Assembly (NCBI GenBank): GCA_964586315.1
Contig: CAZPHE010000002.1
Span: forward strand, 31,706-95,705
Reading direction: 5' to 3'
DNA length: 64,000 bases
DNA from: an uncultured bacterium
GTDB taxonomy: Bacteria > Fidelibacterota > Marinisomatia > Marinisomatales > UBA1611
In this document: in pieces, positions 19,596 through 29,675 of the stretch
Layout: each line of letters starts with the position of its first letter
Position numbering within the stretch: the stretch's first letter is position 1
Program-made: the position numbers and the translations under genes
The notes under the pieces: generated by a model
What the model saw: the letters and a program-made list of their open reading frames with translations, nothing else
What the model was told of the DNA's origin: nothing
The model's database searches: none

Positions 19596-20000
19596 ATGGA
19601 AAGGAAAATACGTGTTGTTATGGCTAAACCTGGTCTAGATGGTCATGATCGAGGAATAAAAGTACTTGCAGCTGCATACAGAGATGCAGGAATGGAAGTT
19701 ATTTATTTAGGTTTGCGACAAACTCCAGATATGATAGTATCTGCAGCGTTGCAAGAAGATGCTGATGTCATAGCTTTATCTAGCTTGAACAATGCCCATA
19801 ATACTATTTTTAATAATGTACTTGATCTTATGAAAGAAAAAAACTTGGATGATGTATTATTGGTAGGCGGAGGTATTATTCCTAAAAAAGATATGCAGAG
19901 CTTAGAAAGAAAGGGTGTAGGTAAATTATTCGGTCCTGGAACTCCAGTACAAATTACCATAGATTATATTACAGAATGGGTTAATTCAAATAGGCGATAA
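19596..20000 (+). CDS. cobalamin-binding small subunit/domain of a methylmalonyl-CoA-mutase-family isomerase
   Basis: 'RVVMAKPGLDGHDRGIKVLAAAYRDAGMEVIYLG...DADVIALSSL...GGGIIP' contains the DxHxxG B12-binding motif. Confidence 0.85.
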   Translation: MERKIRVVMAKPGLDGHDRGIKVLAAAYRDAGMEVIYLGLRQTPDMIVSAALQEDADVIALSSLNNAHNTIFNNVLDLMKEKNLDDVLLVGGGIIPKKDMQSLERKGVGKLFGPGTPVQITIDYITEWVNSNRR

Positions 20001-20001
20001 T

Positions 20002-20712
20002 ATGGATCTTACAAACCAAATTGAGCTAGAATTATATTTTTCAGATCATTTTGATACAATTTTGTTTCCTGTTCTAGCCGAGATATATTTAAATCAAAAT
20101 GATTTGAAACGTGCGCGAAAAGTTTGTGAAATTGGTTTGAAATATCATAATAATGATCCTTCTGGATTATTTATTCTTGCACAAATAGAAAAACTAGAAG
20201 GCAATTTAAAAGATGCTGAAAAAACTTTAGAAAAGATTTTGTTATATACATCTGATCATTTAGCAGCTTCCCTTGCGCTCTGCGAAATCCAAACAGTTCT
20301 AGGTAGAGCAACCAGTCGTTTACTAAAATCTTGGAAACATGTTTTATCTTTAGATCAAGATCATAAAACAGCACAGGATTTTATAAATAAAGTTGATGGC
20401 AAAAAAAATATTACAGAAAAAAAACGCAATCCTAAAGTATATAAAAAAAATCAAACTAAAACAGAAATATTGATTGCTCCCAACCGGGAAACCCCTGAGA
20501 AAGTGTCTTTAAATGATGAGTACCAAGATCCGCTAAAAGTAAGTCCAAGATTAGCTACTTTTACATTAGTATCAGTTTTGAAAAACCAAGGTTTATTTGA
20601 TCAAGCTCTAGAAATATTGGATGCTTTGGAAAAAAAAGGAGAGAACCCTAAGGCGATTGCTTTGGAACGAGACACGATTGCAACACTAATGACAAACTTA
20701 AAAAAGGAATAA
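20002..20712 (+). CDS. TPR-like repeat protein, function unknown
   Basis: Helical-repeat pattern ('AEIYLNQNDLKRARKVCEIGLKYHNNDPSG...') and a basic low-complexity linker. Abuts both neighbours. Confidence 0.4.
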   Translation: MDLTNQIELELYFSDHFDTILFPVLAEIYLNQNDLKRARKVCEIGLKYHNNDPSGLFILAQIEKLEGNLKDAEKTLEKILLYTSDHLAASLALCEIQTVLGRATSRLLKSWKHVLSLDQDHKTAQDFINKVDGKKNITEKKRNPKVYKKNQTKTEILIAPNRETPEKVSLNDEYQDPLKVSPRLATFTLVSVLKNQGLFDQALEILDALEKKGENPKAIALERDTIATLMTNLKKE

Positions 20713-21801
20713 ATGGGTATGGAAGATTTAATTTATAAAAAACGACAGGAAAATTTAAACGATATTATTGGGAAACTTGGTTATGATGGTATTTTAATTA
20801 CTAACTTGACTAATATAAGATACATTTCGGGATTTACTGGTTCTGCAGCCTCTTGTTTGATCACTCCCAAAGGTCAATATTTTATTACAGACGGTCGATA
20901 TATAGAGCAATCAAAAACTCAAGTTAAAGGATTTGAAAGGTTTATTGGGATGGAATCCCATTTATCCCAAATAAAAAAAAACAACCTCAACCCAAAAGGA
21001 TTAAAAATAGCTTTTGAAGGTGATCATATGAGCTATGCTCAATATGAAAATATTAAAGAAGTTTTCCCAAATACAAGTTGGGTCAACACTTCAATGATTC
21101 TTGAAGATTTAGCATCTGTTAAAGATAATTATGAATTAGACTGTATTCGGACTGCTGTTGAAGTGACAGATAAGGTTTATGAAGAAATATTACATATGTT
21201 ACGACCAGGTTATTCAGAAAAACAGGTTGCCAATATGATGGTTTCAAAATATCGTGACTATGCTGAAGGTGAAGCGTATTCTCCTATTGTAGCAACAGGA
21301 CCAAATGGTGCGTTGCCTCATGCAATCCCAACTGATAGGGAATTTCAAAAAGGTGATTTTGTTGTTATTGATGCTGCCGCAAAGTATGCTGGGTATCATG
21401 CAGATATGACAAGAACCCCTGTCGTTGGTAGGGCAACAGGTAAACATAATGAAGTCTATGCAATTGTTAAAGAAGCCCAACAGAGGGGATGTAACCTTGC
21501 TAAAGCTGGTGTCCTTTGTAAAACAGTTGATGCAGCGACCCGCGATTATATCCATGAAATGGGTTATGGTGAATATTATACTCATGGTACAGGACACGGG
21601 CTTGGACTTGAGATTCATACTTCTCCTCGATTTAGTCCCCAAAGTGACCAAGTACTGGAAAAACATAATGTAATGACAATAGAACCTGGAATCTATCTTG
21701 CTGGATGGGGTGGCGTTCGGATAGAAGATGACGTTATTATTGAAGAAAATGGATGTGAAATTTTGAATAAAACAACAAAGGATTTGGTTGTTTTAAATTA
21801 G
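20713..21801 (+). CDS. Xaa-Pro aminopeptidase/dipeptidase (peptidase M24B)
   Basis: 'HGTGHGLGLEIHTSP', 'EPGIY' and 'GGVRIEDDV' are metal-ligand motifs. A creatinase-like N-terminal domain is present. Confidence 0.9.
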   Translation: MGMEDLIYKKRQENLNDIIGKLGYDGILITNLTNIRYISGFTGSAASCLITPKGQYFITDGRYIEQSKTQVKGFERFIGMESHLSQIKKNNLNPKGLKIAFEGDHMSYAQYENIKEVFPNTSWVNTSMILEDLASVKDNYELDCIRTAVEVTDKVYEEILHMLRPGYSEKQVANMMVSKYRDYAEGEAYSPIVATGPNGALPHAIPTDREFQKGDFVVIDAAAKYAGYHADMTRTPVVGRATGKHNEVYAIVKEAQQRGCNLAKAGVLCKTVDAATRDYIHEMGYGEYYTHGTGHGLGLEIHTSPRFSPQSDQVLEKHNVMTIEPGIYLAGWGGVRIEDDVIIEENGCEILNKTTKDLVVLN

Positions 21802-21822
21802 TGTAATTTATTTCCCCGGTAA

Positions 21823-22554
21823 ATGGATATATATTCCAATCCTCAGTTGTATGATGCAATACATCAAAATTATAAATGGGATAAAAAACTGATTCAAACA
21901 TATGCGAAAAAATCCAATGGTCCAGTATTAGAGTTAGCATCTGGAACAGGAAGACTAACACAACCAATCATTGAAATGGGACTAGGTTATACAGGACTTG
22001 AAGCGAGTGAATCATTTTTTGATGAGGCAAACAAAAAGTATCATGGAAAAGTAAAGTTTGTTTTTGGTGATATGCGAGACTTTAGTTTAGGTTTAAAATA
22101 TAATTTTATATTTATGGGGTTTAACGCATTTTTACATAATCTTACAATATCTGATGCCAAAAATTGTTTAGAGTGTGTTAAAAAACATTTAAATGCAGGT
22201 GGGCAGTTTTTATTATCTTTATTCATTCCTGATCCAAGTTTTCTCTACAGAGATAAGTGCCAATTATATCCCGCAAGTGATTTTTTTCAATTCCAGAATT
22301 CTAAATGTAGAGTAATGGAAAAAAATCAATATGACCCAGAATCTCAAATAAATGATCTCACTTGGTTTGTTGAAAAAGATGGAACAATTGAACTAGAAGA
22401 ATATCATTTCAGGATGAGAATGTTTTATCCCCATGAGATGGATATATTACTATCTGAATCTGGATTTATCATAAAAGAAAAATTAGGTGATTACAATAAT
22501 TCACCCATGGATGCTGAAAGCGGCATGCAGATTTATGTGTGTGAAAAATATTAA
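21823..22554 (+). CDS. class I SAM-dependent methyltransferase
   Basis: Motif I 'VLELASGTGRLT' followed by 'FVFGDMRDF'. Confidence 0.75.
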   Translation: MDIYSNPQLYDAIHQNYKWDKKLIQTYAKKSNGPVLELASGTGRLTQPIIEMGLGYTGLEASESFFDEANKKYHGKVKFVFGDMRDFSLGLKYNFIFMGFNAFLHNLTISDAKNCLECVKKHLNAGGQFLLSLFIPDPSFLYRDKCQLYPASDFFQFQNSKCRVMEKNQYDPESQINDLTWFVEKDGTIELEEYHFRMRMFYPHEMDILLSESGFIIKEKLGDYNNSPMDAESGMQIYVCEKY

Positions 22555-23173
22555 AGAATTTGACTTGGTTGATTCGATCAAGTATCTAAAAAAGATTGAC
22601 ACTGGTCTGAAAAAGTTATTCGAATGTTATGCAGTGAAGAGTTTAGAACCAGAAAAAAACTACTTTAAAGCACTTACACGTTCAATAATATACCAGCAAC
22701 TAAGTGGCAAAGCTGCAAGAATAATTTTTGAAAGATTCAAATCTATTTTCCCAGGAAATAATTTTCCTTGCCCAAAGGACATATTGGACATTGATATCGA
22801 AAAACTTCGTTCATCAGGCATTTCATATGCAAAATCACAATATATTAGCAATATATCCCAAGCCTTTTTGGATGATCCAGATATGTATCTTAATCTTGAT
22901 CAGATGAATGATGAAAACATCATAGACAGTTTGACAAAGGTGAAAGGTATTGGTCTTTGGACAGCGCAGATGTTCTTGATTTTTACCCTAAATCGTCCAG
23001 ACATTTTTCCCGCCACTGATCTTGCGATACAAAAGGGCTATCAGAATTACTTTGAAATAGATGAGTTGCCCAATCCTACTTCAATGATAAAGAGGTCAGA
23101 ACAATGGATTCCATATAGAACAACTGTTAGTCTTTATCTTTGGGCTGTATTAGAGGGCCCATTTGAGTGGTGA
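22535..23173 (+). CDS. DNA-3-methyladenine glycosylase II-like (HhH-GPD superfamily, AlkA-like)
   Basis: HhH-GPD pattern 'LTKVKGIGLWTAQMFLIFTLNRPDIFPATDLAIQKG'. The start is moved to the ATG at 22535 to limit overlap with the upstream gene (the track ORF starts at 22487). Confidence 0.75.
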   Translation: MCVKNIKEFDLVDSIKYLKKIDTGLKKLFECYAVKSLEPEKNYFKALTRSIIYQQLSGKAARIIFERFKSIFPGNNFPCPKDILDIDIEKLRSSGISYAKSQYISNISQAFLDDPDMYLNLDQMNDENIIDSLTKVKGIGLWTAQMFLIFTLNRPDIFPATDLAIQKGYQNYFEIDELPNPTSMIKRSEQWIPYRTTVSLYLWAVLEGPFEW

Positions 23174-23174
23174 T

Positions 23175-23783
23175 ATGATTAAAACTATAGTGTTTGATAT
23201 TGGTGGTGTATTATTAGATGTTTCCCCTGAAAAAACCTTCCAATATTTGAGTGATTCAACAGGTGTAGCTAAACAAATTATTGAAAAAAAATTTCCTTGG
23301 AAAATACATGATGAGTACGAAAAAGGAAATTGTACTAATAAAGAGTGGTTTCATGGAGTTAGAGATGCTCTCCCTCAGCCATGTTGTTTAAAAGAGGCTG
23401 ATTTTTGGAAGGCATGGTCATTATTGTTAGGAAAAGAAAAAGAAACAGTTAGCTTATTTACTGATTTGTCAAAAAATTACTCATTGTGGTTGCTGTCTAA
23501 CACAAACCCTAAACATATTCAGAACGAAATAGAGAAAAAATATTTATTTCCTAATCTAGTGAATGGTGCAATATATTCTTTTGATGCAGGTTGTAGAAAA
23601 CCTGAGAAAGAAATTTATAATATTTTGTTACATAAAAGTCAATCAAGACCTAATGAATGTGTGTTTGTTGATGATTTAATTGCAAATGTTCGTGCGGCAC
23701 AATTACTTGGGATTCAGGGAATACACTATAAAGATGACGAAAATTTAATTGTGCATTTCAATAAAATAGGAATTAAAATTTAA
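23175..23783 (+). CDS. HAD-superfamily hydrolase (subfamily IA)
   Basis: Motif I 'VFDIGGVLL', 'LLSNTN', 'VFVDDLIANV'. The ATG at 23175 directly follows the upstream stop (the track start at 23163 is TTG). Confidence 0.75.
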   Translation: MIKTIVFDIGGVLLDVSPEKTFQYLSDSTGVAKQIIEKKFPWKIHDEYEKGNCTNKEWFHGVRDALPQPCCLKEADFWKAWSLLLGKEKETVSLFTDLSKNYSLWLLSNTNPKHIQNEIEKKYLFPNLVNGAIYSFDAGCRKPEKEIYNILLHKSQSRPNECVFVDDLIANVRAAQLLGIQGIHYKDDENLIVHFNKIGIKI

Positions 23784-26728
23784 TGAAAATAAGAAGTTTA
23801 GCTACACTATTATTAATAATCTTTTCATTGTTAAATGCAATGGGAACATGGGTGTTGAATAATCGTTCACATGGTGAACTAAAATGGCACACTATTGAAA
23901 CGGAAAACTTTGATGTACACTATCATGAGGGAATTCGGGATATTGCGATAAGTGGAGCTTCAATGGCCGAACAAATAAGGCCCGTATTAATGAAACAAAT
24001 GGGGCTTGAGACTCTTCCTAGATTAGACATTGCATTTACCACAGAAGATGAAGTTTTGAATGGCTTTGCTGTGTCCGGGAATTATACAATTATTTGGGTA
24101 GATCAGAATGATGCAGCACTTTGGAATGGGGATGAAAAATGGTTAAGAACAGTATTAGCACATGAATTACAGCATCTTGTTTTTTTTAATACTACGAAAG
24201 GACCAAAATGGATTCCTGATGTGATGCATTCTCTTTTTTCTGGTGTTCCCGGATGGGTTGTAGAAGGATTAGCGGAGTATTATACTGAAAAATGGCGTCC
24301 ATTCCGATATGATATTTCTCATAAGGGTCATGTAATTAATAACTCAGTACATAAAATAGCAGATCCTCATAATGATGGTTTTTCTAAAAGTCTATACCTC
24401 GCAGATCGATTCGGAGACTCTACTATTACAAAAATATTAAATCATCGAAATAAAGCAGGATTTCTGTTTTTTGGAAATTCTTTTAAGAAACATACAGGGA
24501 TAAAATTAAAACAGTTTAATGAAGACTGGAGACGTCAAATGAACACGTTTTTTTATGGACAAAGATCCCAGAAAGAACGACTAGTAGATGTAGGGAGAGT
24601 GCACAAGCTACCGATGAAGAGAGTGGTAACTTTTGATTATTTTCCAGATAGTATGGGTATTGTCATGATGGGTTTCTTATCCAAAGGTCAAAGAGATTTA
24701 TCTTTGGTTGTTGCCAAAAGAGATACGGCAAAGGAAAAAAAATTGTGGAAAAAACGGTTAAAAAAATCCAAAACAACCAATAAAAAACCAAAAAGAGTTC
24801 ACCCAAAATGGAAACTAACGGAATTGGATTACGGTATTTTTGGAGAATTAATTATGAATCTCGATGTTTCGCCAGATGGAAAATCAGTCGTATACCCAAA
24901 ATATCGCTATGGAAAAAATCAAAGTATGCTTTTTGATATATGGATGGTTGATATGGAAACAAAGAAAAAAACATTACTCACTTCATCTATGCGTGCTAAT
25001 TATCCAAAGTTTTCACCAGATGGAGAAAGCATATTATACGTTGCACATGAAAACTCGACTTCTCAATTATTCTTGATTGATTCAAAAGGGAGGAATAGAA
25101 AACAAATAACATCAAATGAATTTGATACACAGATTATCACTCCATTCTGGAGTCCTGATGGTGAAAAGGTAGTTTATGCTAAATCTGGTCCTGATGGTAA
25201 AATGGATATATATATGATGGACCTTGAAACCCAAAATCTGCAACAAATAACAAGAAGTAGTGAAGGGGATTTATTACCAATCTGGCATCCAAATGGAGAC
25301 AAGATCTCCTTTACAGGGCTCTATGAACATACCCCTAATCTGTACACCTATAATATTATGACTGGAGAAATAATTCAAAACACTGATGTTGGAGATATAG
25401 TAATGGGGATCCAGTGGGATAAAATAACGTCAACGATCACAGCTATGACATTAAACACAGTTGACTCAGCTAGAGTAGTTTCGATCGATCCAAATAGAAT
25501 AGCTAATAAAACTACAATCAATATGAATCCAGGTTTTTCATCTTGGCGAACAAAAAGTCCCGATTATCCATTAAAAAATATTAATCCAAAAACGGAGGTG
25601 AAGATCAAGAATGAAATTCGATATAAATTTCAAAATAACATGACCCATTTAGGAAGTCTTATTTTACCTGATACTAGAAGTTTTTTATATAATGGAGTAT
25701 TTACAGATGCTCTTGGACGACACAATACTGGAATATTATATGCTACAGATTATGATACGGTACATAGTGTTTATATTGCATATCAAAATTTTTCTGGGTT
25801 CCCTTTTAGGGGAGTCTGGGGAATTAATTTATACAAAGATGCAAATTTTCAAATCCAGTTTTTGAATAAGAATCAGGCATTTCTTGAAATTTTTAATGGC
25901 TTTACTTTGTGGGGAAGTTTACCGTATAACTTCGGTAGATCTCTTTGGGCAAATCATAATATTGGTTTTGAATTGCAATTTGTTAATAGAGATGTGTATT
26001 TAGAAGATGTATTACGAGAAACATCGATATTTTCTGAACTTGATAAAGGGAAAGAGCTTAGTGCAAAATGGAATTATACTTTTGTTAATAAAAGGAATCA
26101 CAAGAGGAACACTTTCTCTCCTAATCAAGGATATGGATTAAATATATCCTTTCAAAAATCATCGACTACCATATGGGGGGAATTTGATTATACTAAACTA
26201 GGAGTTGATTTATATACAAATAATAAATTAGGGCCATTCTCTTTTTTTACACGAGGAAGGTTCGAGGCTATAAATGGGAAACCGCCTAATCAGGAATCCC
26301 TGGGAATATTTGATATACCTAATTTTTATATAATGGGTGTATCCACACCAGGAAGAGAGTATATGTCACCAAGAGGCTATGTCAAAGGTAATAGAGAATA
26401 TTCTAGAGGCGATAGGGCTTATATGGCAACATTAGAATTAAGGACTCCTGCATTACCAATCAGTCTTTTAGAAGCATTAAAGGTTTTCAAGATTGGAATG
26501 CCATCCCTTGTATTGTTTTCTGATTTTGCAAACGCATGGACTGAAAATATCCTATCTGAAGAGATGATTATTACTTCCGGAGCTGAAATGAGACTTTCTT
26601 TTAACCTGATATCAGAACCCATTTTTATTTTCAGTTATGGATGGGCACAAGAATTAGATATGTGGTCTAAAGAAAAGGTTCAAATACCAGAACCATACTT
26701 ACAGCTAACACTTATAAACCCTTTTTAA
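23783..26728 (+). CDS. large outer-membrane-targeted protein: HExxH peptidase-like N-domain, PD40/TolB-like beta-propeller repeats and a C-terminal beta-barrel-like region
   Basis: Signal peptide 'MKIRSLATLLLIIFSLLNA'. 'LAHELQHLVF' is an HExxH motif. Repeated 'SPDG' PD40 motifs are present ('VSPDGKSVVY', 'FSPDGESILYV', 'WSPDGEKVVYA', 'WHPNGDKISF'). The C-terminus 'LQLTLINPF' ends in Phe, like an OMP beta-signal. Confidence 0.6.
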   Translation: MKIRSLATLLLIIFSLLNAMGTWVLNNRSHGELKWHTIETENFDVHYHEGIRDIAISGASMAEQIRPVLMKQMGLETLPRLDIAFTTEDEVLNGFAVSGNYTIIWVDQNDAALWNGDEKWLRTVLAHELQHLVFFNTTKGPKWIPDVMHSLFSGVPGWVVEGLAEYYTEKWRPFRYDISHKGHVINNSVHKIADPHNDGFSKSLYLADRFGDSTITKILNHRNKAGFLFFGNSFKKHTGIKLKQFNEDWRRQMNTFFYGQRSQKERLVDVGRVHKLPMKRVVTFDYFPDSMGIVMMGFLSKGQRDLSLVVAKRDTAKEKKLWKKRLKKSKTTNKKPKRVHPKWKLTELDYGIFGELIMNLDVSPDGKSVVYPKYRYGKNQSMLFDIWMVDMETKKKTLLTSSMRANYPKFSPDGESILYVAHENSTSQLFLIDSKGRNRKQITSNEFDTQIITPFWSPDGEKVVYAKSGPDGKMDIYMMDLETQNLQQITRSSEGDLLPIWHPNGDKISFTGLYEHTPNLYTYNIMTGEIIQNTDVGDIVMGIQWDKITSTITAMTLNTVDSARVVSIDPNRIANKTTINMNPGFSSWRTKSPDYPLKNINPKTEVKIKNEIRYKFQNNMTHLGSLILPDTRSFLYNGVFTDALGRHNTGILYATDYDTVHSVYIAYQNFSGFPFRGVWGINLYKDANFQIQFLNKNQAFLEIFNGFTLWGSLPYNFGRSLWANHNIGFELQFVNRDVYLEDVLRETSIFSELDKGKELSAKWNYTFVNKRNHKRNTFSPNQGYGLNISFQKSSTTIWGEFDYTKLGVDLYTNNKLGPFSFFTRGRFEAINGKPPNQESLGIFDIPNFYIMGVSTPGREYMSPRGYVKGNREYSRGDRAYMATLELRTPALPISLLEALKVFKIGMPSLVLFSDFANAWTENILSEEMIITSGAEMRLSFNLISEPIFIFSYGWAQELDMWSKEKVQIPEPYLQLTLINPF

Positions 26729-26737
26729 AATTTTATT

Positions 26738-28222
26738 TTAAAATCTAAAAGTTCTTAATGAAATTGAAAAATTAAGTCCTTGGTGGTTTATAATTGGTTC
26801 AGGACCAAAGTTTTCTAGCCATACCGCATCTTCTGTATCAGTAATATTTTTTCCTTCATTATCTTTTTTCCCTGTGTCTTTTTGCCACTGCCATCGACCA
26901 TGTATGTTTGTAAAAATATAACTGATTGAAAAAACCACATCTCTGTTTTTATTGATTTGTATAGAAAGGTTTGCATCAACAGATGGATCCAGAAATAATG
27001 ACGATGTTGTATGCTTTGCATCATCGCGTTTTAAGGCAAATAATAAAGGGAATTTAAATGATGCAGATCCACGTGTTCCAAATGTAGAAAAAATAGTATA
27101 GTCTAGATTTGTTCCCATCCCTAAATAACCATCAAGCTCTTCTCTAGAATCGCGAACTACTCCTATGTATCCGTTAAGGCTTGCTGAAAAATAACTGAAA
27201 GACTGAAACCAACCTTTAACAGAAAATTCATATTTTTTCCCTTTTAAATAGTTAAAGGTAGCATCGATTGTTTCAGGAGGATCTTTTAATTCATATGCTT
27301 TATGTCCGGGTTTTATTTTTCTCCATTTGCGAACGATTTTTGCTCTACTAGCATTAGGTCCAATATCAGTTAATCTCACAAGACCCCTTGATTTCCCAGG
27401 TAGTGCTATAGTTTTTCCTTTATAAGTTTTACTTTTATTTTTTGATGCTATTTCAAAGATAGCACCTTTCTTTAGCCCAAGATTTTCTCCAGAAAAAATA
27501 TTTACATATGAACCATTCTTTTCAATGATTTCACTAGTAATCATATATAGATCTTTAAGTTTAATTCTTATCTGGGTAGAGACCTGATTTAGAGCATTAG
27601 AAAGAGATAAATCACGGTTTCCACCAGTATAGCTTGCATTAAATTCAAAAGAATGCTCTGCAATTCCTGTAACAATATTTACTAATTTAACATTCCCTTT
27701 TAATTCTGTATGGATATTGTTTTCAAGTTGCAATTTGATCTTGGAGCTATCATTCTTAAGAGTATTGTTTATTGTTTCTTTTACAATTGTCTTGATCAAC
27801 CACTTAAATAGTGTTTGATCATCATCATTGTCATCATTTTCTTCTTTTTCTGGCTTTGGCACTCCTTTTTGACCAAAATGAACAATATCTAGTATCAAAG
27901 CTTCTTCTGCCGCCGCTAATTCTCCTATTTCTAAAATCTGGTTGTTATTTACAATTCCAGATAATTGAAACTCTTGTTCTGAAAGAATATTTTTAATGAT
28001 AGTGCGATCAATAACTTCAAATCTTCCTATGGATATAGCCTGACTAGAAATAATAGATAGCATTTTTTCTGCTAGTTCTTCTTCGTCTTCTAACTCTGAT
28101 GGAAGAATCATTAAAGATTTTTTTTCTAAAGTAATATTTCTATCCAGACTCTGTGCACTTAACGGGTAGATAATAAAAAAAGTAAAAATAATATTAAATT
28201 TTTTTTTCATTAAAATATCCAA
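26738..28222 (-). CDS. secreted/outer-membrane protein with a CsgG/LpoB-like N-terminal module, an acidic insert and a C-terminal barrel-like region
   Basis: Signal peptide. 'GRFEVIDRTIIKNILSEQEFQLSGIV...IGELAAAEEALI' matches the CsgG-family pattern. Acidic run 'EKEENDDNDDDQ'. The C-terminus 'SISLRTFRF' ends in Phe. Confidence 0.45.
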   Translation of the reverse strand: MDILMKKKFNIIFTFFIIYPLSAQSLDRNITLEKKSLMILPSELEDEEELAEKMLSIISSQAISIGRFEVIDRTIIKNILSEQEFQLSGIVNNNQILEIGELAAAEEALILDIVHFGQKGVPKPEKEENDDNDDDQTLFKWLIKTIVKETINNTLKNDSSKIKLQLENNIHTELKGNVKLVNIVTGIAEHSFEFNASYTGGNRDLSLSNALNQVSTQIRIKLKDLYMITSEIIEKNGSYVNIFSGENLGLKKGAIFEIASKNKSKTYKGKTIALPGKSRGLVRLTDIGPNASRAKIVRKWRKIKPGHKAYELKDPPETIDATFNYLKGKKYEFSVKGWFQSFSYFSASLNGYIGVVRDSREELDGYLGMGTNLDYTIFSTFGTRGSASFKFPLLFALKRDDAKHTTSSLFLDPSVDANLSIQINKNRDVVFSISYIFTNIHGRWQWQKDTGKKDNEGKNITDTEDAVWLENFGPEPIINHQGLNFSISLRTFRF

Positions 28223-28917
28223 TTAAGAACTTCATTAAATGATATTGTAAGAAAAAAAGATGGGTCAGGATTTTTATTCTGAATATCGCAGGTAAATCCA
28301 GCAATTAAACCGACTTTTCCATTTAGATCCCACTTTGCCTCAGTTAGAATTTGAAATCTCGACAGGTTTTTTGAATTAATAACCTCGCTAAGTTGGTAAA
28401 AATAATCAATCTCAAATTTTGCTGAAAGAAAGTTTAGAGCATGGTCCATCGAACATCCCGCCCTTGCATATGTTGTTTTCTGTTCAGTGTTTAAATAATC
28501 TGAGTTGTCAAATGCAACGCCCATTTCTAAGGTTGTGTTTCCTGAATTATTATTCTTTATTATATAACCCAGTCCTTGATTATAATGATATCTCAGGTCA
28601 ACATTAATGATAGTGTTTTTTTCATATATTAGTGTGTTAAATGAGTAAAATTGCTTTAAGGAAAGGAAACGCCGGCTGGATTTTTGTCTAATTCTGATTT
28701 CAGTATCATTTTCAAATACATGTCCAAAAAATCTAATATCCTTAAATGTGTTTTTTGTAGTACGCTTTAAGCGTGCGTATCCTGCAGCACCAATTTTTGG
28801 CATTTGAGAGTAAACTGTCCCTAATCTATAATAATGTCTCCATTTTAAATTTTCCTTATCTGGGTCATGTGCCAATAAAATTGATGTAAGAAATATTAAC
28901 CTCCAATAGGTTTTCAT
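28210..28917 (-). CDS. predicted outer-membrane beta-barrel protein (possibly DUF481-like)
   Basis: Signal peptide 'MKTYWRLIFLTSILLA', alternating hydrophobic strands and a C-terminal 'LNWIF'. It overlaps both neighbours. Confidence 0.4.
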   Translation of the reverse strand: MKTYWRLIFLTSILLAHDPDKENLKWRHYYRLGTVYSQMPKIGAAGYARLKRTTKNTFKDIRFFGHVFENDTEIRIRQKSSRRFLSLKQFYSFNTLIYEKNTIINVDLRYHYNQGLGYIIKNNNSGNTTLEMGVAFDNSDYLNTEQKTTYARAGCSMDHALNFLSAKFEIDYFYQLSEVINSKNLSRFQILTEAKWDLNGKVGLIAGFTCDIQNKNPDPSFFLTISFNEVLNWIF

Positions 28918-29675
28918 TGTTTAATTTTTTTCCCACTTTGCATTAGTAAAATTGAGGTTAATGTAAATATAGCTGTGAGCAGAATAGCCATTATAATACT
29001 AATTTCTACTTCAGAGTCACTTACGCCTAGTATAGTATAACGAATTCCATTAATCATATAATATATTGGATTAATAAAGCTTAGTGTTTGGGCCCATTCA
29101 GGGAGCATTTTAATAGAATAAAAAATTCCTCCTAAAAAGCTCAAAGGAGTTAGAAAAAAATTTTGCATCATAGCCAATTGATCCCAACTTTCTGCAAGTT
29201 GCCCTAGAAGTAGTCCCATACTAGAAAAAGCCCAAGACACCAAAAAGATGAATGCAACAGTCCCGATTGGATCTTTAACAGGCATACCAACTAAGACTAT
29301 CCCAAGAATCAAAACGAGAATCCCGTTAACTAATCCTCTTACCGCTCCTCCAATAATGTATGCTATAGAGATTTCTAAACCAGATAATGGTGCTGTTAAA
29401 AGATCTGGTAACTGTTGAAGTAGTTTCATTTGTAACATAGAAGATGATGTATTAGAACTTGCGTTAGTGAGTGTATTCATCATAATTAATCCAGGCAAAA
29501 TAAACATTGTATATGAAATGCCTTGAATTTCTGATATTCGTTGTTCTAGGGTAAAACCAAAAATTACAATATAAAGAGCAGTTGTAATTAGTCCGGGCAA
29601 AACAGTTTGACGATAAACGGAAAAAAATCTTCCTACTTCTCTGTGTATTAAAGTACTTAATCCAATCCAGTTCAA
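28914..29675 (-). CDS. ABC-2 type transporter permease (YadH-like)
   Basis: 253 aa with six TM helices. N-terminus 'LSTLIHREVGRFFSVYRQTVLPGLITTALYIVIFG' is typical of ABC-2 permeases. A 4-nt overlap joins it to the ATPase gene. Confidence 0.85.
   Translation of the reverse strand: MNWIGLSTLIHREVGRFFSVYRQTVLPGLITTALYIVIFGFTLEQRISEIQGISYTMFILPGLIMMNTLTNASSNTSSSMLQMKLLQQLPDLLTAPLSGLEISIAYIIGGAVRGLVNGILVLILGIVLVGMPVKDPIGTVAFIFLVSWAFSSMGLLLGQLAESWDQLAMMQNFFLTPLSFLGGIFYSIKMLPEWAQTLSFINPIYYMINGIRYTILGVSDSEVEISIIMAILLTAIFTLTSILLMQSGKKIKQ

Noticed and set aside
21244-21967. ORFs 21244-21666 (minus), 21425-21673 (plus) and 21737-21967 (minus) overlapping the M24 peptidase and methyltransferase genes.
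   Set aside because: The peptidase frame contains all the metal-ligand motifs. The overlapping ORFs have no motifs or start signals.
26720-26760. An AT-only 9-bp inverted repeat (TTTTAAAAT/ATTTTAAAA) in the 9-bp gap region between the convergent genes ending at 26728 and 26738.
   Set aside because: The stem is purely A/T and overlaps the stop codons. This is expected by chance in sequence this AT-rich, so it is not convincing as a terminator.
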